Positions 39,700 through 51,200 of a DNA stretch of 64,000 bases are shown piece by piece. The notes under the pieces are model-generated. The model saw only the letters and a program-made list of their open reading frames with translations. It was not told the origin of the DNA and ran no database searches. The translations under genes and the position numbers were made by a program. The DNA comes from Sphyrna mokarran (taxonomy: Eukaryota), in NCBI GenBank assembly GCA_024679065.1, contig JAGIQG010000008.1, positions 87,110,001 through 87,174,000 of the forward strand, given 5' to 3'. Each line of letters begins with the position of its first letter. Position 1 is the stretch's first letter.

Positions 39700-42350
39700 C
39701 TGAGACAAAAGAGACTGCTTTATTTGAACAGTGGTCCAGAGGGTTTCTTTCTAGAAATCAGAGCTCAATTTTAAAAGTTTTCCATGAATTTATTTGAAAT
39801 TTACATCTGTGATGAATCACATGGCAAAGTACCCAATAAGCTTGAAGTGCTGTTTAAGGAAGAGGAAAAATTGACGAGCCAGTCAAACTCCCAGACTGAC
39901 GCCACCTGGCACTGTTTATGGAAAGATAAAGCCAGTGAATTTTTGTCTCCCTCCCCTTTTGTCTGGGAACTTTTTTTTGTAGAAATGGAGAAGAATAAAG
40001 CTGAAAATTAAGAAAAACAAACTGAGAAAAATGAGTTCTGTTTAATTTTTTTTTGAAGTTGGAACATGTTATTTGTTTCACCATGGATCTCAACAGGGCA
40101 AGAAAGAAATGCTATAACATTTCAACTGCATCTAATTAATGGCTGGCAGTTGTTTTAAGTATTATTTAATGAAAGGTTTAGTAGGACAATTAAATTATTT
40201 AATGATACGACACTACATATTTAAGAATTGCTGCCTGTGTGATATTCGGGCCTTTTAATTCTACAAACAGTTTGACTCGGTTAGAAAAGGGCATGAAACT
40301 TGAGATGACCATATGCAGCAGTCATTATTTATGGGTCCCAGGGATTCAGGCCTTTGTATTTCGTGAGGAGGGTCTTAAGTTTTTGCCTGGTTTATGATAA
40401 AATGCTTATTTTATTAAGATGCAAGTATGATTTCTTGATTCCCCCCCCCACCCCGAGAAGTGCACATGCAATTTATGGGCGTTCTCTAAAATTAAAATAG
40501 CTTTTTATTGCTTCACCCGCCCTGTTAACAGAGATTTACTGTCAATTGGAATTTTTTTGGTTTCATCAGGAATCAAGTGGGCAGCCCTATTTGCGGAGAT
40601 ATTAAGTGAACAGGAAGGAAAACTGAGCAGTCTAATCAGACGCACTGTTCATCTGTGATTTATGCAAGGCAGCCTGCCCAGAGTTTAAAAAAAACAAGAC
40701 ATTTCTGTGCCTGGGAAGTTACAACGGCGCTCACTTGTTCCTTTTTCCATCCAAAATCAATGGTGTATAAGAACGCTGCTCCCTAAAAAATATGTTCTGT
40801 TAACCTCGAAGGCTGAAGATCCATCTTGCTTGTGTTTTCCCTGGGAGCGCAGTGAAGCGATTTGCACTGCTATTTTATGGCCAAGAAAGATCCAGTGGCA
40901 GAGGAGGAGTTGATTTCAAGCAGAGATAATCATTCAAGTGAACGGCCGTGGCAGGCTATCAATGCAATTAGACTGGAAGGTTTTATTTTATTTTTATTTA
41001 CGTGGCTTATTGGTGCAGTTAAAGGAAATCTTGGCCATCGCCTCCGAGAAACAGTCTCTGGGTTGGATCTGCCGTTTGTCTCCAGTAATTGTTTCCCACT
41101 TGTATTTAATTAACGTAGTCGAAGGCTGTTCCTTTCCACTCCTTGAATAGAGTTGCAGAAGGTTGCAAAATAACGTCAGCAGCGTGTTTTTTTTTAAAAT
41201 AAGATCTATCTATATTTAACAAAATCATTCTGGATTTCATCATAAGACTCCTGTCAGCGAACATGAGGCTGAAGAGGAATGGATCGTACACATTGCACAG
41301 GTACAGTTAATATTCCTGACCTCTGTATTGGTGCCTTTAAAAGTAAACAGTGAGGTAAGAACTGGGGAGAGGAAAAAAAACGTTGTCGAGTCGTGATTTG
41401 CATTTTGTTCCGTTCGTCCTTGGACCTGCTGCTAGCCTAGGCAAACACACAAATGTGTGTTTGAACTCTCAATCCCGTTCACTTTTGAGTTAAAGATTCC
41501 TCGGTTTCAGAAAGTTTACCGTTTGTGTGTGTTTGTGAGAAATGTTTCTGTCTTTTCCTTCCCCACTGCATCCACCGGGGGTTGTACGATCCTCTGGGCA
41601 GAGCAGTCGAGGAGGAAGTTAGTGCAGATCTTGAGAACAGCATGTGAAGACCAAGAGGAGGTAAACAGACCAGCTACAAGCTCGATGGACATCCTGTTCT
41701 GCTTCGATTGCGTCTTGTTTAGGTACTATCTGACGCTACGAATCCTATGTGCTTTTCATTTCTTTCCGCTTTTTTAATCGGACCATCCATTGTCTCTCTT
41801 TTTCCTGAATTTTGTTTTAATTTCTGTCACATTGTGTGCCCAGACTGCATTATGGTTACAAGTTTACTTTTAGCTGGAGCCGTCCTTCACAGACATTACG
41901 CATTCAGAAGCACTGGCTTTTCAGATCAGATTTCAATTCAGATTGCGTAAGGTTGCTTTGTTCCCTGCCGTGTTTTAATTAAGGTTATTGACAGTCAAAG
42001 TTTATTGATAGGAGCCGAGGGTACCCCCGTTGTAGTGAAGATACAATTAAGCACGCGTCAAGTTAGTTGCCAATAGCAGTGATCTTAATATCACTTTTAA
42101 CAACCGCTTGTTAGAGTAATTCATACAGATGGGATTTTCATTCACTTGATGGTTTAGAATAATGCAAATTAAGAATTCCTTGCTTTGGAGCCCAACTTTG
42201 GATTTGGGGGTGGGTGGGAAGCGTGGGTGAGTGGTTGCAGTATTCTGCCTTATTTGAGCTCTACAGTGGTTCAGGCGGCGAATGGGGCATTTGTGTACAA
42301 ACACAAGTATTTGACTTTTCATTCAAATTATATGGAAAATAGGTTTGGAT
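39700..42350. promoter_or_regulatory. Candidate conserved enhancer and internal promoter block
   Basis: Free of recognisable TEs, visibly CpG-richer than flanks, clustered TTTATGG/TTTATGA/TGATTTAT homeodomain sites, three + strand splice-donor motifs. Confidence 0.5.
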
Positions 42351-44289
42351 GATGGGGGAAGAAGGAACAAAGAGTATTACAGTTCAGATGAAAAGATTGC
42401 TGAGCTATCTGGAACTTCTATTCTTGATTCGCATATCAAGGTAATACAGGTTGAGATATAGGTATCAGGAAAATATACTTAGTACACAGCTATTTTGGCA
42501 CGTTTTGTATAGCAATATGGCATGCAGTGCATTTTGTTATTCACTCTCAAAGGTCCCACCTATATTCATTAACGTAGTTTATATGTTCTCATCCCTATTT
42601 CACACATCTTGTAGATTCAATTGTTTTTTCTTTTATCCCCGCCTTTCTAAAAGTAAAGGTATATTACTGATTTTTAAAGCTATTGTATATAGTACGAGGT
42701 GTTTGTTTCCCTTATTGACAGATTGAGTTGCGTTGACACAAGATTTTAGGGCAGTGCCACTTCATACCAGTCACCTGCTTGAAACCAGTCTCCATTGTTT
42801 AATTGAGAGTTGTTTGGAGTTCCAGGCTTTAAAAAAAAGGGAGTCCGGTGTACTGTTTTGGTTTAGACTCAGTAGTGCCTGAGATCCATTAATGTCTTGA
42901 TCTCCAGTGTATTTGAATTTCCAGAAGTCAGCCTTTTTATATTTTGAGTGGACATCAATGGTAGGAACACTGTGCATCTGCTATCCATGCCACTCCTTCA
43001 GTATAAGAATTCTCCCAGAGCCCTAATGCAATCAATTTAATTAGATATGTGATGCATATATTTAGTTATTGTCAATGGCACTCCTCAGATCAAGATTTCT
43101 CTGTGACATGAGCGAGGCAGGAAGCTGATCTCTGCTTGTCACTCAAGAGTGGGACTAGATCGACTTTAACTGTGGAGCGCTAATGCATGGATTGCATTAC
43201 TGTAGACTGTATCTAGATTTCAAATTGTGCTGCAGAATATTATGAAGTCATTATATTGCCTGAGGCATGGCCTTGCATTTATATCACACTTTTGTAACCT
43301 GTAAGCACTAGAGCACTTCAGAACATTAAAAATTGTTGTGTTGTAGGGGGAGCATATCATTTTTAATTCATTATATTTTAGCAAAGTATAACTATCCTGA
43401 ATTAGAAAAATCCTATTTTGGTAAAAGAACCAATCCGCATTGCAAGTATCAAAAGCCTTAAATACCTGAGTCCCAAGATCAATTTCAAATGTTAGTTCTG
43501 CAGTCCTAAATTCTTGGGTCTTCAGTTAGCTCAGTACGAAACTTCTTCATTTGAAGCATACGGACCACAAATTTGTAATTCTCAACGAAAGTATTGGGTG
43601 AGTAAAAGTGAAAGAAATGGAGGGAAGATTATGATTTCTCTAGTTCACAGAGCCACAGAGAGAAGGAAAAATGCAGTAAAAATTCCCATTTCTGATCTCT
43701 TATCCAGTTGTCTTTGGAAAGTATGTGGTAAACCACAATTTAATAGTTTGGCATCACTTTTAAGTGAAGAATGGCTGGCAAGTAATTGGAGGGCTGGGCT
43801 GCTGGATTGCTGCCTTCAAGAAGGGATGAAAAGAAAATTGGAGGAAAAAAGTATTCACATTTTAAAATTCAATGATTTATATTAAGTAATTTATTAACCA
43901 GAGCAAACATTTGGTCTGAGTTTTCTGTTCTGATGTGGGTCACCATTTAGTTACTTCACTGCTAGTGAATTTCGCTTAGCTAGAATATTGTCAGTTTATG
44001 TTACGTCTATCTTGATGTTTGGTCTGAATTTTTGGTTCCAATTTGGGTCATCATGCAGTTAGCACCTCACTACTGGTGCATTTCATCTAACTAAAATCTC
44101 GACAGTTCATGTTATGTGAATCTAACTTTCCGCTGTGGCTCTCTCAGGCTTACCACAAAACAGTGCTAAGTATGGAGGAATCTACAGTTCCTTCCACTGC
44201 CTTGTTCTTGCACTTTTCACATGAGAAATACCTCATACTGATGTGAGATTGGCCCTGTCCTTTCTTTAATCCACATGCTGGCTCATGGT

Positions 44290-44585
44290 AACATCACAGT
44301 CACAAGGTCAAATTCCATATGAATGATAAAGGCATCCAGTTCTACCTCTGCAACACCTCTCTTGACCTCACATCCATCGCCGTATTATCAGACAACCTGC
44401 CAAATAATTCATGGATAGACTTTATTTCCTTCCTCATCTTCAAAAGCTTTTTCAAAACATCTTGGCCAATCCTTTGGTCACCTTCTCTAACCCTCTTGCT
44501 CAAGGCATGTTCTTTTCACCTCTGTGAAGTGCATTGGATGTTTTTGTGTGATTCTGTTAAAATGCAAGTAGTTGCTGCTGTAACA
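44290..44585 (+). mobile_element. L2 LINE fragment
   Basis: atgaatgataaaggcatccagttctacctc.. (MNDKGIQFYLCNTSLD..LSDNL) fits the L2 YADDTQLY motif; L2-like tail aaaatgcaagtagttg. Confidence 0.6.
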
Positions 44586-46134
44586 CAACTGGGACTTGAA
44601 AGTTCCATGATTTATTTAACTTAAAAGGACAACTGTTTTTCAGTCTCAAATACCATTAAAGAAAACTGATTAACCAGGCAAAATTTCACTGGATTTGAAC
44701 AGGATGGGATATTCTGTTTTTTTTTGTTGAATCTCTCCAGTTCAGTGCAATATGCAATTAATGTAAAAGTTATATTTGTTGTAATCTGTGTAAAAGCAGC
44801 AAGTTGCCACATTTTTTTTTCACTAATGGTGTGAGTAAGATTCACAAAAATGCTCTGAGAAAGCAATGACGAGGTTTTGTGGTCCCACTCCTGAGAAAAT
44901 TTTCTAATGGCCATTTTTTTTAAAAGTGCCAGAATAAATAAATTCATTTTATGCCACAACAATGTAAGTGTATATCTAATACTAACTCTGAATTTGTTCA
45001 GGGAAGCTTTAATATTTTTCAGCTTCTAGTTTCAGCAACAGAAAAGTATATTTCCATTACAAATGGATGGATGAGAGGTGAAAAGTAAAAATAATTTGCA
45101 GTTATGGATTGCCAAATGTGATATGCTTTTATGAGTACTTTATATTTAGAAGTTGCTGATGTATTTCCTTGCAGCCATGGAGGAAGGGCGATGCTTGTCG
45201 AAGTCTGCCTTTCCCTGGAGATTTGTGGGTGTATGGAATGTATGGCTGTCTACATCTGTTTTACAAGATCGAGCATAGACTGTGTATACTCAGCTATAAA
45301 AGCTAAAGATGTTGTGTTTTGTCTGCTTCCCAAATGGGGCCATGTTTAAATAGAAATTAATGTATGAAGTGTCTAAGTGCATACACGCACGTACTTTAAA
45401 GGCCTAGCTGTTTTAATTCAGGAGCCAGATAGCCTTTTTTAATTTCTTTACGTTGTCTGCATGTTGTGCTCACTCAAATCTTTTAAATATATGATTTGTA
45501 TTGTTTTGTTGAACTGTCCTGTAAGGCTTACATTGAGAAGTATCGCCCCATATTCTAACATTCTTTCTGAATAGTGAATTCGTAGACACAATGTTATCTT
45601 TATATACCAGAACACTCCTTTGATTTTCTGTGCTATTAAGTCTCTTTCCTCCTCGCAGCCTATCATAGAATATATTGTTTTTCATCTTTGGCATCTGTGA
45701 GGAAAGGCTCGTTCATGTGTTTGAAATGAAAGTCTTCTGACTTGACCAGTAAGGAACAAAGATCCTGTCTGTCTGTGCTAGCTGTAAGGGTCCAAAGTGA
45801 AATTATGGAGCCACCCTTGGGTTTGGAGTTTATTACAAAAACTAGCTGGAAGTTTTTAATATTTGGAAGCTGTGTTCTAAAAGAATTCTCTCTTTCACTA
45901 TTACTGCAATGTCAAAAGCTAATCTTAATTGACCCTTCTCTGCTTTGAGTGCCTTTTTCTATATGTTACCTATGCATAAAATATTTCTGATTAGGTTGTT
46001 GTCTATGTGCTGAGCTTTGGACACCAATCCTTGTTCTCAGTTCACAATAAGGAACAAAACATTTTTCAAAAATCATGTTTCAAGTAATTTTCAGTAACTT
46101 TTTCTTATGTTTTTCATCATGACAGTTTTTTAAT

Positions 46135-46310
46135 TTCTTCATGGGATGTAGGTAGTGTTGGCAAGGTTAACATTTATTGCCCATCCTTAATTGACCTTGC
46201 AAAAGTGATGTGCCATATCCTTGAGTCACTGCAGTATTGTGGGGCAGGTACACCCACTGTTGATGGGCAAGGAATGCTGAGAGTTTAATTCAGCGATGTT
46301 GCAGATGTGG
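46135..46310 (-). mobile_element. CR1-group LINE (family B) 3' terminus
   Basis: tcatgggatgtaggtagtgttggcaaggttaacatttattgcccatcc. Confidence 0.75.
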
Positions 46311-49300
46311 TTACTGCCTAACCAATGCTGGGTGGCCTATTTTGGCCTATAGCAAGTCAACTATCAATTTAGACCATCTGAACCATTGTTATGAGTCTAA
46401 TGTACAGTGCAGTGTGGTATTTATGGCTTCTGCAACAGGAAGAATTAATGATGCAGATCCACAGACTCTTTGGGTATTTCCTTTTTGGCTCTGCTTGTAT
46501 ACATAAGTACAACTGAAGGAAAGGTCTGTTGGTTACCTCATGCAGAAGTTTAATGCAAGAGATTCTGGTGATTTCTATTAGAAGAATAAATCCCATATGT
46601 TTGTAGCATAGGTGGTGCCCTCTTGAGATTGAGGTTAAGCAATTTATTGTGACTCGAGTGCAGAAAAATGTAATCCTTTGTGTTGCGAAATTGGGTAAGG
46701 TAATTGTAGGTTGGTAATTGTAAAATGCTAGGGAGAAAACATTGCATGGTCCCTTTGAAGGATGGTGCTTTTTCTGTTCTTAGATTTTTAAAAATGCAAG
46801 TACATAGACAGCCCAAAATGAAAAATTTTCAAGGTCAGGTAGCAGTTTTTAACTAGGCAACAGACTTTTGATTTTAGCTAATCAATTTGAATTAGGCATT
46901 TGGATACCAAGAATTTTTTGAATTTAAATCTGATGATTGTGACAACCTAGGACCAAATCTATTATAGGAAATATTGATACTTCATCACAGGTGCAATAGA
47001 GGAGGGCAGTGGGAGAAAAAGGAGAGAACTGCTACAGCTCACAGCTCTCAGCTTCTAGCTCAAAGTACCATCTAGATAACAAATGTACCAAAGTAAAAAG
47101 AAGTTTCAGGCAGGAGAATAAATGGAGAAGCCCAGAATATTTCAAAAGATACAAAACCTTGCAGTAATTTCGAGAGTGAGTAAATTATTTGTCTTTGTAA
47201 ATAAGTGAGAATTATATTTATTGGAACAGCATACTATTAAAATCTTGTTTCAACTTGAGAGACATATTTGGTCAGACCATGAAACTTGTTTCCCTCGTTT
47301 AATAATTTCTGGTAAATAAATAAATTGATTTGATGGAATTTTAAGAGTTCCGTATTTGTTTAATGTTTTAAGGAATCGATGTAGACTTCAGCAAAAATAG
47401 GAAGTACTGGAAAATCTTAGGTCTGACAGCATCTGTGGAGAGAGAACTGAATTAGTATTTCAAGTCTGTGTTATCTAAGGAGAGGTTGTTATACTTTGTG
47501 TATGATGAACAAAATACTCAGGAATATGTTTGAATTGATAGAAAATGAGCACTTTCTTTGCAAAGCTCTCCCTTTATGCTGTGATCAGTTATTTGCCATT
47601 TGGCTGATTATAAACTCAATGTAAGGAAATAAGCCAAATGCAGGAACCAGCTAAAGTAATGATGCCCAGATTGGACTAATTTAAGCATTACTTCACTGCA
47701 AATTGCCCTATTGCTGCAAATTATTATTTTTGGCATTCCATGGTCAGTTCATCAGACTTGGAGTATTTGCTAGTGGAGACAGTGTTGATAAAGCAAATTC
47801 TTCATCTGATGTTGCAATATAACTAAACTCTACTGTTAATGGTGCACTTTGTAACTATAGTTAAATTCCTGTGTACAATGGAGTTTTTGCCCAAGTTGTA
47901 CTGTGTACTATTGGATACCTAATTATTTGGAAGGTGTTATTCTGTTAGTGAAGGTAAAAATTTTGAAATCACTAAATTGAAGTTTATATTGAGAGACTGA
48001 TGGATTTGAATTGAGTAAATTATTCCCTTTAGAAGAATTCTAATACTGAGGAAGGCTAAATGATTTAGGAGTAAAGAGAAGGCTCTTGCTTCTCTCCTTG
48101 CCTTCACACACTGTTTCAACACAGGAAATTCTATACCTGTGCAAACTGACAAATGCTATATTCCAATGAAACCCAGCCTTCATAGCAAGTTTTCACTCAA
48201 AATGAAGTGGAATTTTGAAAGACTAAATTTATTCCATTTGTATTTTCAATGCCTTTTTTGATGTTTGTTTTGTATGTTTTATTTATATAATATTGTTTTA
48301 GCACTGGTTTTTCAGTGTCCATACATGTTTATGGTTTGAAATTATTCTGAAACATATTTCTAGTTTGAATTGACATCCCGCGTTCAATTTTGATCAACAT
48401 GAGTAAATGATAATCAAATGAGTAGAAACAAAAATGTTAGTTTTCCTCTTACTTTCTGCAAACAAAATTCATTTAAGTGGAGAGATAAAAGCAATGTGTT
48501 TATTTTACGTAGCCCTCCTTGTCCTTGGACCAGCTATTCTTTTGTCATATTTACTGCAAGAATAAACATTCCTTTGTTTGTGTAGAAAATTCAGAACTTC
48601 AAAGGCGATCGCAGTGGTATTGACTTTGGTTTCTGTAACAGTAAACAGTTCCCTAGTCAAAGCCTTCCATATCGGTGCAAATGTTTATTTTTGTCTTATT
48701 CCAGTGAATTCTTTTCAACACAGAAATGTTTGTTGGTTGTTGCTGAAGTCTTCAGTGATTTAAACAAGTTGTCAGTTGCAACAATTCTAAATTGTAGACA
48801 TCAGTATAATAACTAATTTAAAAGTGTGACCAGTTACATTGAAATTGCTTGTGTTTATTCAACAACACTAAATACAAGATGAAAACATCCCTGATAAATG
48901 AGAAGTTGAGGGAGGGTGGCCCCTTAACAATGTGTCCTTCCTGTATTGGCAGGCATTTTAAATCAACAAATTTTTAATACTTCAGGATTCAAAATATCTC
49001 ATTTTAATGACCAAATTTTTTTAACTATGAAGGTTTTTTTGAAGAGGCCAAGACTGTGTGAATATTGCACGTTGAGTTTTTGGTTCTTCTAACACTTATC
49101 CTAGTTGTTTGGTTGAACTTTGTGGCCCTTGCCAGTTCTGCTCGAAGTTGTTTCCTGTTAGGTATGTTAGAGCAGCCAGGGCTGCCTTTAACATTCCTCT
49201 CCCTTGTTATGTTTTCTGCTATGTTCCCCATTAAATGATGTGAAAATGCAGTCCATGTCCAAATGCAGCAAGAACTGAACAAAGTTTAGGTTTGGGCTGA

Positions 49301-49634
49301 TCAATGGCAAGTAATATTCGTGTCCCACAAGTGCCACGCAATGATCAGTTCCACAAGAGAGAATCTAACCATCATCCCATACCATTCATTGGCATTACTA
49401 TCACTGTTTCCCCCACTATCAACATCCATTTACCAGAAGCTGAACAGGGGTAGCCATATAAATACTCTGGCTGCAAGAGCAGGTCAAAGACTAGGAATCC
49501 TGTGGCAAGTAATTTTCTTCCTGATTGTGGATAGACTTTGGGGCAATCTACAAAGCAGAAGTCAGGAGTGTGATGAGATGAGATACTTTCCTCTTGCCTT
49601 GTTGAGTGCAGCTCCAGCAGCATTCATGAATAAG

Positions 49635-49800
49635 TCTTGTAATGTTAAGTTAAAGTCCAATATGTTTTTCTGGAATCACAAGCTTTCAGTGCGGTGTGCC
49701 TTCATCAGGTGAGTTCAGATAAACCTGTTGGACTTTAACCTGGTGTTGTGAGACTTCTTACTGTGCCCATCCAGTCCAATGCCAGCATCTCCATATCATA
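49635..49800. mobile_element. Penelope terminal-repeat mini-element with minimal hammerhead core
   Basis: Inverted repeat gttaaagtccaa (49649-49660) / ttggactttaac (49728-49739); minus strand UCAC-CUGAUGA-..-GAAA-GC-UU-GUGA. Confidence 0.75.
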
Positions 49801-49816
49801 ACTAAGTTATGATGTT

Positions 49817-50165
49817 GGCACAATAGCACCGTGGTTAGCACTGCTGCTTCATAACTTCATAGACCTGGGTTCGATTCCTGGCTGGAGTCACTGTCTATGT
49901 GGAGTTTGCACCTTCTCCTTGTGTCTGCATGGGTTTCCTCCGGATGCTGCAATTTCCTCCCACAGTTCAAAGATGTGCGGGTTAAGTTGATTGGCCATGC
50001 TAAAATTGCCCCTTAGTGTCCTGGGATGCTTAGGTTAGAGGGATTAGCAGGTAAAATATATGGAGATATGGGAGTAGGGCCCTGGTGGGATTGTAGTCGG
50101 TGCAGACTCGATGGGCTAAATGGCTTCTTTCTGCACTGTAGGGGTCTATGATCTATGATCTCTAT
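49817..50165 (+). mobile_element. HE1 V-SINE, near full-length
   Basis: A box tagcaccgtgg, B box ggttcgattcc, V-domain, CR1-type tail ending in ctatgat repeats. Confidence 0.92.
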
Positions 50166-50589
50166 AACATTTGTGAAGCTTGATACCATCCAGGCCAAAG
50201 CAGCTTGCTTGATTGACACAAACATTCACTTCCTCCTTCACTGACGTATGTTATCAGCAGTGTGTACCATCTACACAATGCACTGTAATGTTGTAATAAG
50301 AATCCTTAGGCAGCACCTTCGAGTTCCATGACCACTATCGTGGTCTAGAAGGACAGCAGGTATAGAGGAACCTTACTGCCTGGAATGGGTGTACCATTTA
50401 CTGAAAACTTTTCCTCACCATCCTGGCTTGGAAGTATATCACCATCTCTTCACTGTCACTGGGTCAAAATCCTGGAGCTCCTTCCTTAACAGTCCTTACG
50501 CCATGGGGACTGCAGCGGTTCAAAAAGGCAACTCACCAGCAAGTTACTTGTTGCACTATACTCGTTGGAATTGAGATGAAATCTTGTAG

Positions 50590-50752
50590 AAACATATATT
50601 ACAAAAGAAATAGATAAGATAGAAGCAGAGAGATTTTCACTGGCAAGTGAAACTAGAGCTAGGGGACATGGCTTCAAAATAAAGGGAAGCAAATTTAGGA
50701 CTGAGTTGAGGAGAAACTTCTTCATACAGAGGGTTGTGAATCTGTGGAATCT
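50590..50752 (+). mobile_element. CR1 LINE 3' fragment
   Basis: TRARGHGFKIKGSKFRTELRRNFFIQRVVNLWN. Confidence 0.85.
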
Positions 50753-50759
50753 GTATATT

Positions 50760-51200
50760 TTAGTGTCAAGGTGGTAATATTAGAATGTTGGATATGGTGA
50801 ACCATCGTGTTACTAATTGTGATGGACTTCTCACTATGCTTCTTGAATGCCCAGTTTTGGGCTGTTTTTTTAGGTCTGTTCTAAATCTTATCACAGTTAG
50901 CAAATAGTCATGTTAAACATTACAACAGATTGTCCTCTATGTGAAGATGGAGCTTTGCCTTCCTAAGGATTATGTGGTGCTAATTCCTAAACCTGTAGCA
51001 AGTAGATCGGTGAGGACAAGACCAAGTACCTTTAGGATTCACTCAACTTGGTCAGTACTGGTACTAAGCCATGCTTGATGGATCTTGGGAAGTCCCCCAC
51101 CAGAGTAAATCCTCTGTCTTTGCAACTCTCTGTTCCTTCTAAGAAGTGTTCAATGTGGAGGAGTACTGATTCATCAGTTGGTGCATTAGACAGGTTGTAT
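50760..51200 (-). mobile_element. CR1-group LINE (family B) endonuclease-region fragment
   Basis: Reverse strand DESVLLHIEH..ggtgggggacttc, homologous to 8965-9060 and 55945-56040. Confidence 0.7.

Larger units (their letters stand above)
49245..50580 (+). mobile_element. CR1-group LINE (family B) 3' part hosting nested insertions
   Basis: MQQELNKV..WADQWQVIFV, QKLNRGSHINTLAARAGQRLGIL; interrupted at ~49630 and resumes at ~50168 (aagcttgataccatccaggccaaagcagc). Confidence 0.85.

Noticed and set aside
40380-40400. cctggtttatg resembles part of the Shh ZRS limb enhancer
   Set aside because: Only about 11 bp match my recollection of ZRS and the flanks do not align
45175-45280. ttccttgcag acceptor followed by ccATGG in good Kozak context
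   Set aside because: The frame stops after about 33 codons, with no strong donor and no recognisable peptide
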